This document shows, in pieces, positions 23,651-35,690 of a stretch of 64,000 nt of DNA. A program made the position numbers and the translations under genes. How positions within the stretch are numbered: position 1 is the stretch's first letter; each line of letters opens with the position of its first letter. This DNA comes from Amphiscolops sp. MND2022. Taxonomy: Eukaryota. The stretch is from contig OZ076413.1 in NCBI GenBank assembly GCA_964187785.1, positions 47,308,001 through 47,372,000 on the forward strand, read 5' to 3'. Under the pieces are notes generated by a model. It searched no databases. It worked only from the letters and a program-made list of their open reading frames with translations, and was not told where the DNA came from.

Positions 23651-26600
23651 CTAGTATCTGTATTCATCAGTGAAGTTGGGGGTGGGGTTAGGACGAAGGT
23701 TGTATTTTCCTCCCCTAGGACTTTTATTGTCTACTAGCACATCATCATTTTCATCGTCTAATACTTCGGGCACGATAGTATCGCTCCCTCCTGATGATTC
23801 AGGATCATCAATTTGTTCATTTAAGGGATCTGAGCAGGTTTCTTGAATCATATCAAAATTGTCATTTTCGTGTAGCCCGGGGGACTCAAGGTCCTCGCTG
23901 GTGAAATTGTTATCGGGGGCCCTGGCACCCTTTTCATGGTGAGGCCCGGTGGACGTAAGGTCCACGTCGGTGAAAATCTCGTCTTGCGTTGCGGTATCAT
24001 AGTCAAAGTTACTAGAATTGTCTAGGTCAACTTGGCACATGGGAATTGCATGTGTATCAGCGGAATTGCGAAATTCTCCAAAATGTGTTTCCCAGGTAAT
24101 GACATATAAATCATCTTGCGGTATAATAATTTCGTCGTCCGGGTGCAAATTGCCTTCCGGTCTGATGTCCTGTAAGACGGTGTTCGGTTCATATTTGCGC
24201 AGCCTGATGCGGTGTAGGAGTTGCGTTTTGTTGGAATTGAGTTTTCTAACTATGTAATTTTCATTTGGCAAAACTTTTTCCACAATATAAGGTCCGGTCC
24301 ATCGATATTCACGGAATGGAATTTTCGATCCTTGGTGATCAGCAATAGGTTGTAGTATAAAACAATAGTCATTCTGTTTCAAAGGAGCCGCTTTGGCCTT
24401 CCGGTGATAGTATTCTTTGTACTTCAAATATGACTGCATGATGTTTTTCTTCGTGGAATCTAGTAATATTTGCGTGCGTCGCTGAAATTCGTCTGCAAAA
24501 TCCGTAGTCGGTAGGACTTTAGGGTTAGGATTAAGGCCCAATTTGTGATCCAATATGTTATATGGGATCCGTCCGTGGAAAATTCTAGATGGTTCACATC
24601 CCAGGGTGGCATGATAAGTTGTATTGTAGTTCAATACGGCTAACGGCAGATATTTATGCCACTGTCGCCTGTAAACCCCTGAAGCCATTTTGAGGTTCGT
24701 TTTGAGACTAGCATGTGTTCTTTCTAATTTACCAATCGTCTGTGGGTGTTTTTTAGTTGCGCATTTTATTTGGATTCCCAAGATTTGAGCAATTTCAGCC
24801 ACTAGCTTGGACGTAAAGGCCGTACCTTTGTCAGTAATCAAAGTAGTAGGCAGATAAGTGTGTTTAGTCTTAATGTCTATGATGACTTTTGCCGTATTTG
24901 TGGCCGAAGCGTCCGTGACTGGATATGCAAAAAGATATCTTGAAAACACGTCCAGTGCGGTGATGATATTTTCGTATCCGCCACTTGGTGGTAAATTTGG
25001 TAACAGATCAATTTGCATTGCATCCTCTGGTCCAAGGTCCCATACAGGCAAATTAAGGAGTTCAGGGGTGATAGAGGCATTTGGAATTCTTTTGTCCTTG
25101 ATACAAGTTTCACATCCCTGAACCCATTTTTTAACAATTTTCGAAATTCCAGGGTAGTAATATTTTTGTCGAATTTCAATAAGCATTTTTGATATTCCCG
25201 GGTGTTTATTTGCTTTCCCGTGTAAAGATTCAAGTAGTTCTGTAATTAAATGCTTAGGTAAGAGTACTTGGTTGTATTTAACAGAGCCTGTTTCATCAAA
25301 ATACTGTCTAGTGATAATTTCATCCATGACAGACAGCCGGTCCATTTGGCGACAGTAATGTTGGTATCGATTGTCTTGCATTAATATGGTCTCGGAGTAG
25401 TTTTCTTTCAGAATTTTAAGGCGCAATTGCTGTAAGATGACGTCGTTGTTCTGTTCGATTGCGATAGTGTTTGTATAAGATAATTTTTGAATTGTTGTTA
25501 GTTTGTGATAATCGCTTTTATGTGTAGTGAATTTTTCGAATGAGATATCTGGTAGTTGATTTGCTGGATCGTGTCTTGCGTCCTTTTTGCGTTGTAGAAT
25601 TTGTTCTTCCGTCTCGTCGTCATCCTCCGTGTAGAAAATTTGTTCCTCTTCCGACACTCCCGCCGATTGGACATGTAGTTCAATCGGTGTTGTTGGGATA
25701 TCTTCTCGTATCCTGAGGATCAATTTTTCTTTTGGAGAGATTTCGAGCCGGGACAAATAGTCTGCGGCGGTGTTGTTTTTGCCTGGTATATGGGCAATTG
25801 TGAAATTAAACTGAATAACATAGTCACATGCGTTCCATAGTGTTGGTGGAATAGGTTTTGTCTGAAAAAATCGTGTGACTGATTTGTTGTCCGAAAGTAT
25901 TATCACCGGTTTTGGAGTTCCCCAAAATATATGTCCAAATTCCTTGAAGGCAAAGAAAATGGCCAAGAATTCCTTTGCATAGATGGACATTTTCAATTGG
26001 GTAGGACTAAAGGTCTTGGATCCATAAGCTACTGGTGCGTAGGCTTTCCTCGTAGATGTATATGTCTCGAGGGGATCGTCTTCGATGAGGACTGCGTACC
26101 CTGCGGCCGAAAAGCTAGCGTCAGTCATAAGTGCTATTTGCTTGTTCGGAAGGGGTTGTTTGAGTGCCAGTTCACAACATCGATCAAGAGCCTTATTTAT
26201 CTCGGTGAATTTCTCCAGGAGGTCCGGTGTGACCAGGACCTTCTTTTCATCCTTCGTAAGCTATTTGAAAAACGGTGTTAGTTTTTCTGATAGCCTTGGG
26301 ATGTAGTTCCTGTAATAGTTCAGGAACCCCAAGTAACGCTGAAGTGCTTTCTTTGATTTTGGAAATTTCGTATTTTCCAGAAAATTTTGGACCCGTGGTC
26401 GTTGTGGCTTCACTCCCGCCGGGGTGATAGTGCGACCCAGGAAGTCAATTTCGGTTGCGCCAAAGTGACATTTATGCATTGTAAGTTTCAGTCCGGCTTT
26501 TTGGATGCATTGAAATGTGGCCCTAAGGTTTTTGATAAGTTGTTCGGCATCATTAGCAGCTATTCCGATATCATCAACATATTGGGCACATTGGTCGGCT

Positions 26601-28760
26601 TTGATGACTTTGTCCAAATATTCGCGCATGAAGCTAGAAAAGACCGATAGGGCTCTGCTAAGTCCTTGTGCTAGCCTTCTGTACGCAAAGGTTCTGCTGG
26701 CGAAGTTGAAGGCAAGCTTTTCGATAGACCTTTGGTCAGCCATTTGTAGACAGTGGTAAGCTTGCGAGCAATCCAGTTTACAGAATAGCTTCTTTCCGGC
26801 CATATGTTGGGCTGCATCAGTAAGTGTACTCACTGGATGATTGTTGTTAATATAGTCATCCGAAATCAGGTTGTTAATTTTGCGCAAATCGACTAGAAGT
26901 CTCAATTTGCCATTGGGTTTCTTTTGTGCGAAAATGGGACTGTCGTATTTGGAGAATGGTAGAGTTGTAATTATCCCATAGCGGTGGAGTAAGGCCAATT
27001 CCACAAGGATGTCCTCCTTGAGATTGATTGGAGTTGGCAAACTTTGACTATAGGCCCGGGAGTCATCTTTCGGGGTTAATTTGACCTTGAAGTCTTCGTT
27101 CATGCCTATGTCGAAGCGATGCCTAGCGAAGATATCATGAAATTCAACAAGCAAGTCCTCTATGCGTGCTATTTCAGCGGGTTGGAGCATAGAGTCAGTC
27201 CAATCAAAGTTGGATAGGAATTGACGTCTGGACTCAGGGTCGTCCTGAGGGTTAAGTTTTTCCAGTTCCTGAAGATTGACGAGCTCTGATAAAATCCTTT
27301 TCTGGATAGGTGTATGATTCTGAGTATCTCCTGGGTTCTCTGGTGTTGGGAACCAATAGTTTTCCTTGAAGTCCTCAGGTTTGGTGGATTTGATCAAGCT
27401 ACTTGCATAGTAAGCAGCGTTTTCAGGGTTGTCCTGTAACAGGTGCCATGTGGTTACCGGGTCGATAGGTTTGACATATTTCATTTGTTCTGGCGTGAGA
27501 ACAGTGAACGTAGCAACTTGTGTGCCCCTTTTGAGGGTGTATGGACTGTCCGTAAAATTATTCAAATGAACTGAAGCTTGACCATTGGTCAATGTGACTA
27601 GAGCAGCACAGAAAGCAATATCGCCATCTTCCGTAAGGTTGTTGCTCGGTTGAAGGATCCCAGTAACTGTAGTGTTCTCGTACAGTTGTGTCGCCAGTAG
27701 GACCGATTGTCGGTCATTAGGTGGGATGATTACATCCTCCCTAAAGCAAATGGGCTCCATGACATTTGTGTATTTGTGATCTGCAGTTTTTAACTGCATT
27801 GAGAAGAATGGGAAATTCAGGACACCTTGTCGCATAGTGTTGTTCCTCTGAAGGAACGAAAGACCAATCAATGGACTGGTGAGTTTTTCCATGACTATGA
27901 ATATTTCGTGAAATTCAATATCGCCGACTTCAAATTTCAGTTCGACGGTGCTCTTTGGAGTCTCCAGCTGTCCATTAGCAACCATAATTTGGAATCCAGG
28001 AGCCGGGCCCTCTTTGACAATCGACTGAGGGGCTAGTAATCGGATTTTACGTAGATCAGCTTCTGAGATTGCGCTAGATAGGGCTCCCGTGTCTACAAGG
28101 CCATCTAATGTTAGTTCGCCAAAATCCATCGGAAAATAGAGCATTCGTCTCTTATATTTGAGGCCGAGATTAGTTGTCAGCGGTACATAGTCTGGTTCAC
28201 CTGTTCTTGGTGATTAGGGTGGTCGCAAAACGGGCGACAACTGCTGTGGCCAGTGAGACCTGGGGTCCCGCACAGTGAAATTCATCGTCGGGCTCAGCCT
28301 GAGTGACTTGAGATCTCTGTGGTGTGTCATGTTGCCATGGGTCGACTTTGGCTTTCACAAGAACCATATTCAAGGCTCGGTCAATTTCATAAGAATCTGG
28401 TTCTCTGATGTGATTCGGTTTGTGGAAATTACGGTAGAAGTATAGATGATGTTGATTGTAGCAATTAGCGTCCCAATAGGGATCGAAACCATAGTCCGGG
28501 TCCGGGTAGTATGGGTTATAGTCATCAACAAGAGGTATGGGACGTATAGTCGAAGTATCATTTTGTAGTCTGTTGGACATAGGGTCCAGAGTGGTGTGAG
28601 AAGTAGGAGGAGTCTTCATCTGCTGCTGCCAGTCAGCTGATGATGTTTCTTTAAGAGAGGTATAATATTCAGTAGAATATATGTTTGAAGGGTCTGATAT
28701 AATGTTTTGTCGGACACGAAGTTTTGTATTAAATTGGAGTCGTGGCAAATCTAGTTTTTT
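23651..28760 (-). pseudogene. pol: Pol polyprotein (PR, dUTPase-like insert, RT, RNase H, integrase), with two lesions
   Basis: Motifs LVDTGA, QYVDD, TDAS...SDN..ADYLSR, H-H-C-C, DLL/TDKG/ERTH and WTGPY. There is a frameshift near 28200 and an in-frame TAG at 26261-26263. Confidence 0.93.
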
Positions 28761-30517
28761 GGGTTTTTCAGGATAGAGGTTGTTTGTTTGTTTTGGACAT
28801 CATTATTACTAGTGGACGGGTCGTCGGTTTTGGAGTCCTCTAGTTTGAGGTTTTTAGGTTTGAGGTGGGCTCCTGCGCCTTTCCAACACCGCTCCGCCGG
28901 GTGATTCGTTTTGTCACAAGTCGGGCACTTTGGATACTCTTTTCTGGTATTCTGGCCGTCGTTGCGTTTTTGTTCTTCTTTCCGTTTCAGTTTGCGGCAA
29001 TCGTCCTTTGTATGACCTGGTTTTTTGCAATAATTGCAAGTAATTCCCGGGTCGATTCCAGAGGAAAGAAGGCCTGTACCCGGTCGTGTTGCTGTCGGGG
29101 CCGTAGACATTGTTGGGACTGGAATGTCGTCACCCTCCTCAAGTCCGTTGAGTTCTAATTCTCGTTCTAGATGAGTAACTATTTCCTCATAAGTTGCATT
29201 TTCTAGTCTAGCCATATTGACTGAGCGTTTCAGTTTTGGGTGTAACTTGGCGTAGAGGAGACTATCGATCATGGCCTGGGCGTTCTCGCCAAACGCTTTT
29301 TCAGCTCCTTGATTTAATTCTTCAAGGAAGTCTGGCAGTTTCATGGTATTTGGATCAAATACCAATCTGTGCCATTTGTGTTTGGCGGTCGCCTGGGACT
29401 CAGGTTTGACGTATTTCCGACGAAATACTGCCAATATGTCCTCCAGAGTTTGCCTGTTTGCAGTGTTAATGTTGCGAAAGGTTTGTAACGCATTCTTTCG
29501 TAACAATGAATGAAAATGGTTAATTTTCATTGCTTCAGTCATATCAGGCTGCATTTTTATCATTGTATGAAACAGATCTTCGAAAAGTTCAAATTTCTCA
29601 GATTTACCGTCAAAAGTCAGTGTGGTGGAGCTGACAGGTCGTACCATTAGCGTTTGTGCTGATGGACGATTGTTCATACCAACCAATACATCAGCTAGAC
29701 GGTTTATGGGGTCAGGACCGGTAGTAGGTGCTGTGGTCTCAGAAACCTGGGCGATTGTATCCTGAAACTCGGTATTGTTGGAATGTTGACGTTGCAGGGG
29801 TTCACGGGATTGCATGGGACGTCCAGTGAGGAACTCAGGAACCATATGTGGGGTAGGGTTGGCTCCTGTCACCATGTCGCGAATTTGTTCGCTGTTATTT
29901 GAGTCCGTTGAACTCTCTCTAGGCCTCAGTCTACTATTTTCTTGAGTGAAACACGTTTTGTGGCAATTTTCCTTCGTTTTCTGTGAATTTCCTACTCCGG
30001 CGTTCCGTTGTAGCCCACTGGACCTTTGGTCCGTTATGGTGAATTCGGTCGACCTTGGGCTAAGATGTAGCCCGTCAGACCTTCGGTCCACCATGGTGAA
30101 ATTAGATCTCCCCTGCATTTCTAGTGCATTTTGAATAGAAGGAAGCACTGTACTTGTTATTGCGTCAGTAATTGCTTCTTGGATTTGGGAATTCAAACTA
30201 GTTTTAATCTCAATCAGTTTTCTTGACATTTGATTGGAAATTTCTTTGTTAATTAGTCTTGTAGTCTCAATCGTGAATTCACTATTTTCTCTACTATTTG
30301 TGTTTGGTAGTGACCTAAAATCCTCTCCTAAGACGTTTGAACTTTGCTGTGGCCTGCTAGACCCTGAGTCTAAATTCACTTCATTTTCACTAATATTATT
30401 CTCTTCATCATCTCTAGAGTAACTACCTAACATTATGTCAACGTTTTCTACATCTGACAGCATGTCTAACTGTCTAGAGCGTCTCTCTTTAGCCTTTTGC
30501 TTTCTCGTTGAAGGCAT
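28751..30517 (-). CDS. gag: Gag (588 aa), initiating inside the 5' LTR
   Basis: Uninterrupted ORF with a capsid-like TFDGKSEKFELFE region and two CCHC knuckles (CNYCKKPGHTKDDC, CPTCDKTNHPAERC). Confidence 0.92.
   Translation of the reverse strand: MPSTRKQKAKERRSRQLDMLSDVENVDIMLGSYSRDDEENNISENEVNLDSGSSRPQQSSNVLGEDFRSLPNTNSRENSEFTIETTRLINKEISNQMSRKLIEIKTSLNSQIQEAITDAITSTVLPSIQNALEMQGRSNFTMVDRRSDGLHLSPRSTEFTITDQRSSGLQRNAGVGNSQKTKENCHKTCFTQENSRLRPRESSTDSNNSEQIRDMVTGANPTPHMVPEFLTGRPMQSREPLQRQHSNNTEFQDTIAQVSETTAPTTGPDPINRLADVLVGMNNRPSAQTLMVRPVSSTTLTFDGKSEKFELFEDLFHTMIKMQPDMTEAMKINHFHSLLRKNALQTFRNINTANRQTLEDILAVFRRKYVKPESQATAKHKWHRLVFDPNTMKLPDFLEELNQGAEKAFGENAQAMIDSLLYAKLHPKLKRSVNMARLENATYEEIVTHLERELELNGLEEGDDIPVPTMSTAPTATRPGTGLLSSGIDPGITCNYCKKPGHTKDDCRKLKRKEEQKRNDGQNTRKEYPKCPTCDKTNHPAERCWKGAGAHLKPKNLKLEDSKTDDPSTSNNDVQNKQTTSILKNPKN
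29857..29874 (-). promoter_or_regulatory. Primer binding site TGGTGACAGGAGCCAACC
   Basis: TGG directly abuts the 5' LTR end and is complementary to a tRNA 3' ...CUGUCACCA. The tRNA identity was not determined. Confidence 0.8.
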
Positions 30518-31481
30518 TGAAGAAAATTAACACAACAACAATGAATTGGCGATACAGACTAAAGTTTATATGGTCAATGAGTGAAATGTACAGATGGTAC
30601 TGAAAGTAAAGTTTCAATTGTAATTGAATACAGTTTGAGTTGAATTGTGACTTCGAGTTGAGCTTCCAAAAGATTGGTCCCTACGGTCTCTCGGGCCGTG
30701 CTATATATACCCTGATCTGCATGACAAGCAAATTTACAGGCGTCATGTTACTAAATATAGTTATGATAAACTAAAAATAGCGTCAAATATGGTTACGTCA
30801 GCATGACGTCAATACATCAAAGAGCCAAATGGGGGGGATTTTGACGGTTAAGCCGACAAAGAGAAAACGTTTATATTGGCCTGTAAGTACATTCAGAGTT
30901 AATCTACAACATTACATGCTTTCAGAATACATGATTTCATGTTATTACAGCATTTCACCATAGCGGACGTTAAGTCCACGTAGCCACAGTCAATTACAGC
31001 ACTAGCAGCACTTGTGCGTTAATTTCACCGTGGCAGACATTCTGTCCACGGAGCGTCACTAATATACTGCATTTTGATTGGTGCAAAATACTGGTACAGC
31101 GAGTACAGTGAATTAGAAGAGGCGTTCATTTGAACGCGTTTCCTCTTCTACATGCTATTACATCATATTAATTCATTGATTTACACGTTTTCTATTAATT
31201 ACATCAACATTCAAATTACAAAACAGGCACAAAATAATTTACTAAATAGTAAAATACATCCTCACGGACTAAAATAATCAATTGCACTGAGGCCGCAAGG
31301 ACCACAGGTCTTTCATGGTAAAATTCAAAATAGTGTACATAGCAATAAAATACATGTAGTTTAAATCACTTTTTGGTCTTTGTCGGTGTTTATATAGGAA
31401 GAACTCCTGGCGGAGGGTAAGAGTTATCTCCTTCCAACGTAATTTGATAAAAATTGCCATCGCAGGCGGCAGCCTGCGACA
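29875..31481 (-). repeat. 5' LTR (1607 bp)
   Basis: TG...CA termini with a 6-bp inverted repeat. It is followed on the minus strand by TGGTGACAGGAGCC (PBS). Confidence 0.96.
30700..30712 (-). promoter_or_regulatory. Candidate LTR TATA box (GTATATATAG), with a CRE-like TGACGTCA about 100 nt upstream
   Basis: About 185 nt upstream of the gag ATG (30517). Identical in both LTRs. Confidence 0.5.
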
Positions 31482-31889
31482 TGTATTGTTCGATATGTTC
31501 TATTCATACTGTCTTTAAGTTTACAAATTTTATCTGCTAAACATTCACAAGTTATCCATTTTGATAGCATACAAAGTACGGGAAATAGCATGATTGTTCG
31601 TTCAACGGATGCAGAGGATGTTATAAAAGTTATAAAAGAAACAAAGAATAGAAAAAATCAGCAATCATTGATCCGTTTATCCGTTTAATGCTTGAGCTTT
31701 CAGAAAAATCTATCCAAATTGATTGAGAACTAGTTTCTTGCAAAGTAATGGTCATAGCAAAATCGCGGGACAAAATTTTCATAACTCTGAAGAAGCGCTC
31801 ATCAAAAATTTACACCATTATATGATCAGAGTTTATCAGAAGTTCAAGTTCTTTTCCGAAAATTTTTTGTTCTGATGGAATTACAATTC

Positions 31890-31988
31890 TACGGCAGTGC
31901 TTTTTGCTATTTCTGCGTAAGTTGAAATGCCATAGAAGCTTTTATGGCATTTCAACTTACGCAGAAGTAACAAAATTGCACTGCCGTA
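31890..31988. repeat. ~100-bp palindromic MITE-like hairpin
   Basis: TACGGCAGTGC...TTCTGCGTAAGTTGAAATGCCATA pairs with TATGGCATTTCAACTTACGCAGAA...GCACTGCCGTA. Confidence 0.8.
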
Positions 31989-32629
31989 ATTGAGATCTTC
32001 TTCAAGACTGTCCTTTTTTATTTGATCAATATCTAAAAGAAATTTGCTCTTGGAAGTTTTTCGTTCAAGTAATTACCTAACCAAAGAAATTATGCGCTGC
32101 AGGAAATATTGAGCAGCAATATTATCTATGTGAAGTTTTTCAATTCCATAGTGTAGCATTATACTTCGTAATATTACAATGAAGGAGTCAGAAGTAAAGA
32201 AAACTGAATTATTGACTAGGTGGTTTCACCCATTTTAACGGAGAACGGGAAAGTAACCGTTTAGTTTCATCTAATGCATTCTCTATGCTTTGATTCTCAA
32301 ACATGATGTTTCCAGCTCATTCCCCAGAGTGCAATAATTAAGGTGTCAAGTTTATAAGAATCCGAACGGCAGAAAGTTGCTCACAAACTTCATTCAACAG
32401 TAAATACCAACATGGTTTTTGCTGTCATCTTGCTTTGTTATTTTCCTATGGGAAAGGAAAAAAATTAAATCAAACAGTTTTTTTTACAAAACTTGCCAAG
32501 CACCAAATTTATATTCAACTTTAAGGGTGTTACCCATAGAATTCAACTCACATAAATTTAGCTTCGTGCGATTTGTATTTGTAAGGATTTCCGGACTCTT
32601 TTTAGTTGATCCCAAGGACCCCAGAATGA

Positions 32630-33830
32630 CCCAAAAATGACCCCAAAAAGAGAAAATTTGCAATAATTTCCATTTTAAAAATGTTTTTATGCAATTTTTG
32701 TCAAATTTTTGATAGACTTCGTGGAGTAGAATGTTAAAAACAATCAACATGGCACTAGTTTGTTGTCCAGTAGGTTTTTCCGAAAAGATAATTGCTGTTT
32801 TCCAAATGAGAAAAAAACAGAAGTCGTTTTCGAAGAGTTTATTGCCTTTTTCAATTGAAAATGTCTCAAACTGACACCGAAAAAGACAAAAATTCAAAAA
32901 TTTTCCACTTTTCAAAGATTGTATGCATTTTTTTCAAATTTTCGACGGACATTGTAGATTAGAACGTTGAAGAGGGTTAACAAGGAAAGAATTTGGTAAC
33001 CAGTAGACTTTTCTTAAAAATTCAATGCAGTTCTCTAAGTGAGAATGTCTCAAAGTGGCACCGAAAAAGACAAAAAACCCAACGTTTTCCAATTTTTAAA
33101 GTTTTTATGCATTTTTGTCAAAGTTTCGACAGACTTCGCGGATTGCAATGTTTTCAAGGGTCACAAATTTAAAAAGTTGGCTGTCCAGTAGTCTCTTATG
33201 AAGGGATAATTGCAATGTTCTGAAAGAAAATGTCTCAAAATGACCCTAAAATCGAAAAAAAAATCACAAATTTTTCAATTTTCAAAGCTTTTATGCATGT
33301 CCCCCCAAATTTTCGACGGACTTCGTGAATTGGAATGTTGAAAAGATCAACAAGAAAAGAATGTGTTGTCCAGTAAGCTTTCCTGAAAAGTTTATTGCAG
33401 TTTTGTAAGTGGCAATGTCTCGAATTGACACCGAAAAGGACAACTACCCCAAATTTTTTCAGTTTTCGAAGATTTTATGCTTTTTTTCCAAATTTTCGAC
33501 AGACTTTGTCAGTTGGAATGTGACAGGTTCCACAAGGAGAGAGAATGTGTTGTCCAGTATGCCTAGAAAAGAGATAAATGCAGTTTTCCAAAGTTATATT
33601 GTCCGGAATCGACATCGAAAAAGACCCAATTCGGAAAAATTTTCCGACTTTCACTATTTTAGTTCAATTTTGTCAAAATATCGATAGACTTCATGGTCTA
33701 GAGTGTTAAAACGCCCAAAACTTGTGCAAGTTTGTTGTTTCGGTGAGCTTTCGTTACGAGATGAGCTCAATTTGTAAAAGAAAAGTACCTCAAATTGACC
33801 TGAATTGTCAAAAAAATTGACGTTTTTGTC
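32630..33830. repeat. Diverged tandem array with a ~180-190-bp unit
   Basis: Recurrent AATTTTCGAC(A/G)GACTTCG, TGTCCAGTAG and AATGTCTCAAA..GACACCGAAAA at about 32705, 32940, 33125, 33310, 33495 and 33680. Confidence 0.7.
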
Positions 33831-35690
33831 GTTTTTGATGCAAGTTCAGTACATTTTCCGGAAATGTTCGTTCTAAGTTACAACACAATCGACTCAACGA
33901 GCTATGTATTACATTTTTTGAAGAAGACATTACAGTGTTTTGCTTCAAAAACTCTTCAGAATGCTCCAAAGGAGTCGATTTGTTTCAACATACTCGTTTT
34001 TGTGCAACTTTCGGAATTGTTTTTGTGTCAGATTGTCAGCAAACGTTCAACAAAGACTGAACGCATAATTCATTAGGTTTTTGAAGTAATACTTTCAGAA
34101 TTCGTTTGGAAAATGGCTGAAAATTGACCGAGAAAAGTTAAAAGTTTGGAAATGTTTGTCGATATCTGACATTTTCAGTCAATTTTATTTGAGATTGGAA
34201 ATTTCTGGTAAAATTAAAGTTTAGAAAAGCTCGAGAAAACGTTATCTCAAAATGTCTATTTTATGGTCGAAAGCCTCCTCAGAAAGACCCAAATTTTGGA
34301 AAAACTGAGAATTCTCTTTTTTGTTTACATTTTAGGCAGTTTTTTTAATCACTGTTTGAATTTCCTTCCATGAAAAGGTTTTAAAAACTCAGCAATGACT
34401 TATTCCAGTATCTCCAGTAGACAATTTTGAAGAGAGAACTGCGTTTATTAAAAAGAATTGGCCTCAAAAACACTCAAAAGTGCATTAAACAACAAAAAGA
34501 CACGTTGTTTGACAAACTAATCCTAAATTTTGTTCAAACCACGAAAGTTTGTGAAGAATAGAACTACCAATGACCTGAGCGTTTAAACTGAAAAGTATTC
34601 AAATCGCACTTGTGGGAAAAAGTGAGATGAAGTTCATCAAGTTTTTAACAAAGGTGTCAACGTGTCCGAACTTTCTCTATTTTCGACAACATAGTAGTCC
34701 CAATTTTGGACACTTTCCGAAATTTTATTCCAATCAGAAATATCATAGGCTCAGGATTGAAACGTCTAGCTATCGCCAGTGTTTCGAAAAGATTTCAGAC
34801 AAGTTTATTTGCTCAACTGTGAAAAACTTTACTTGAAAACGTAAATTTCGACCTCATTTGTCCAATATTTAATATTCAAAAACCTCCAAGCAAAATCACT
34901 AGATGTGGAGTACACCTTCCAAAGAAAAAATTTCCAGCATCTTTGTGGTTAGAATGGTGTAAACATTCAACAACAGATTAAACTCGGGTCCAGTAGGCCT
35001 ATTTTGAAGAGACATCTGTAAATTCGTGTTAGAAAAACAGAAGAAGTTTGCAAAAAAACATGAAAGTTTCCAAAACGAATGTTTTTAGCGCTTGATTGAG
35101 CGATCTGTGTGGTTTAAAAGTTGATGTCACCTTCCTGGTGCTACAAAAATGATGAAGAGACAGTACAAAAAATAAATGAAGGGATTTAAAAAATACAATG
35201 AACTTGCTCTGCACTTTTTTTGGAGAAAATTGACCTTTTGTGGCCTTTTTGAACAAAATCGTCAATTTAGACAATGAACTGAAATGCTATTCAAGTGCCA
35301 AAGCTTGGAAGATGTTTTTTTTGCTATTTTGAGGTCCTTTTGATGGCTTTTCAAATTGAGAACATCGTACGCATCACTAGAAGATTATGCTAAAAAGGAA
35401 ATCGGTTTTTAGGACGATTTTTAGAACTCTGTGTTTCGATATGCCTGCAATCCAGAAGTTGACCAAAGTTGCAAGAAAGTGTCAAAAAGTGGAGAAAATT
35501 TTCTCATTTGTGCATACAAAGAAAGGCTTTTGAAAAATTAAATCTCTCATTTTACTTTCTCGAAAATGATGAAAGTTCTGTTTCTGAACTCTGTAATTGC
35601 TCATGTCCGTTGAAAATGTTGAAAAAATCTACAAAATTTGAATAAAACGGTCAAGATGTTTTGATTTTGTTCCTGGGAGCATCCATTTTT

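Larger units (their letters stand above)
15669..31481 (-). mobile_element. Full-length 15.8-kb Ty3/Gypsy LTR retrotransposon with extra genes
   Basis: Two ~1.61-kb near-identical LTRs (TGTCGC...GCGACA), 5-bp TSD TGTAT (15664-15668 and 31482-31486), PBS, PPT, gag, and PR-RT-RH-IN order. Confidence 0.97.

Noticed and set aside
24018..30422. Short plus-strand ORFs opposite gag/pol
   Set aside because: Shadow ORFs of the coding strand with no motifs or splice logic.
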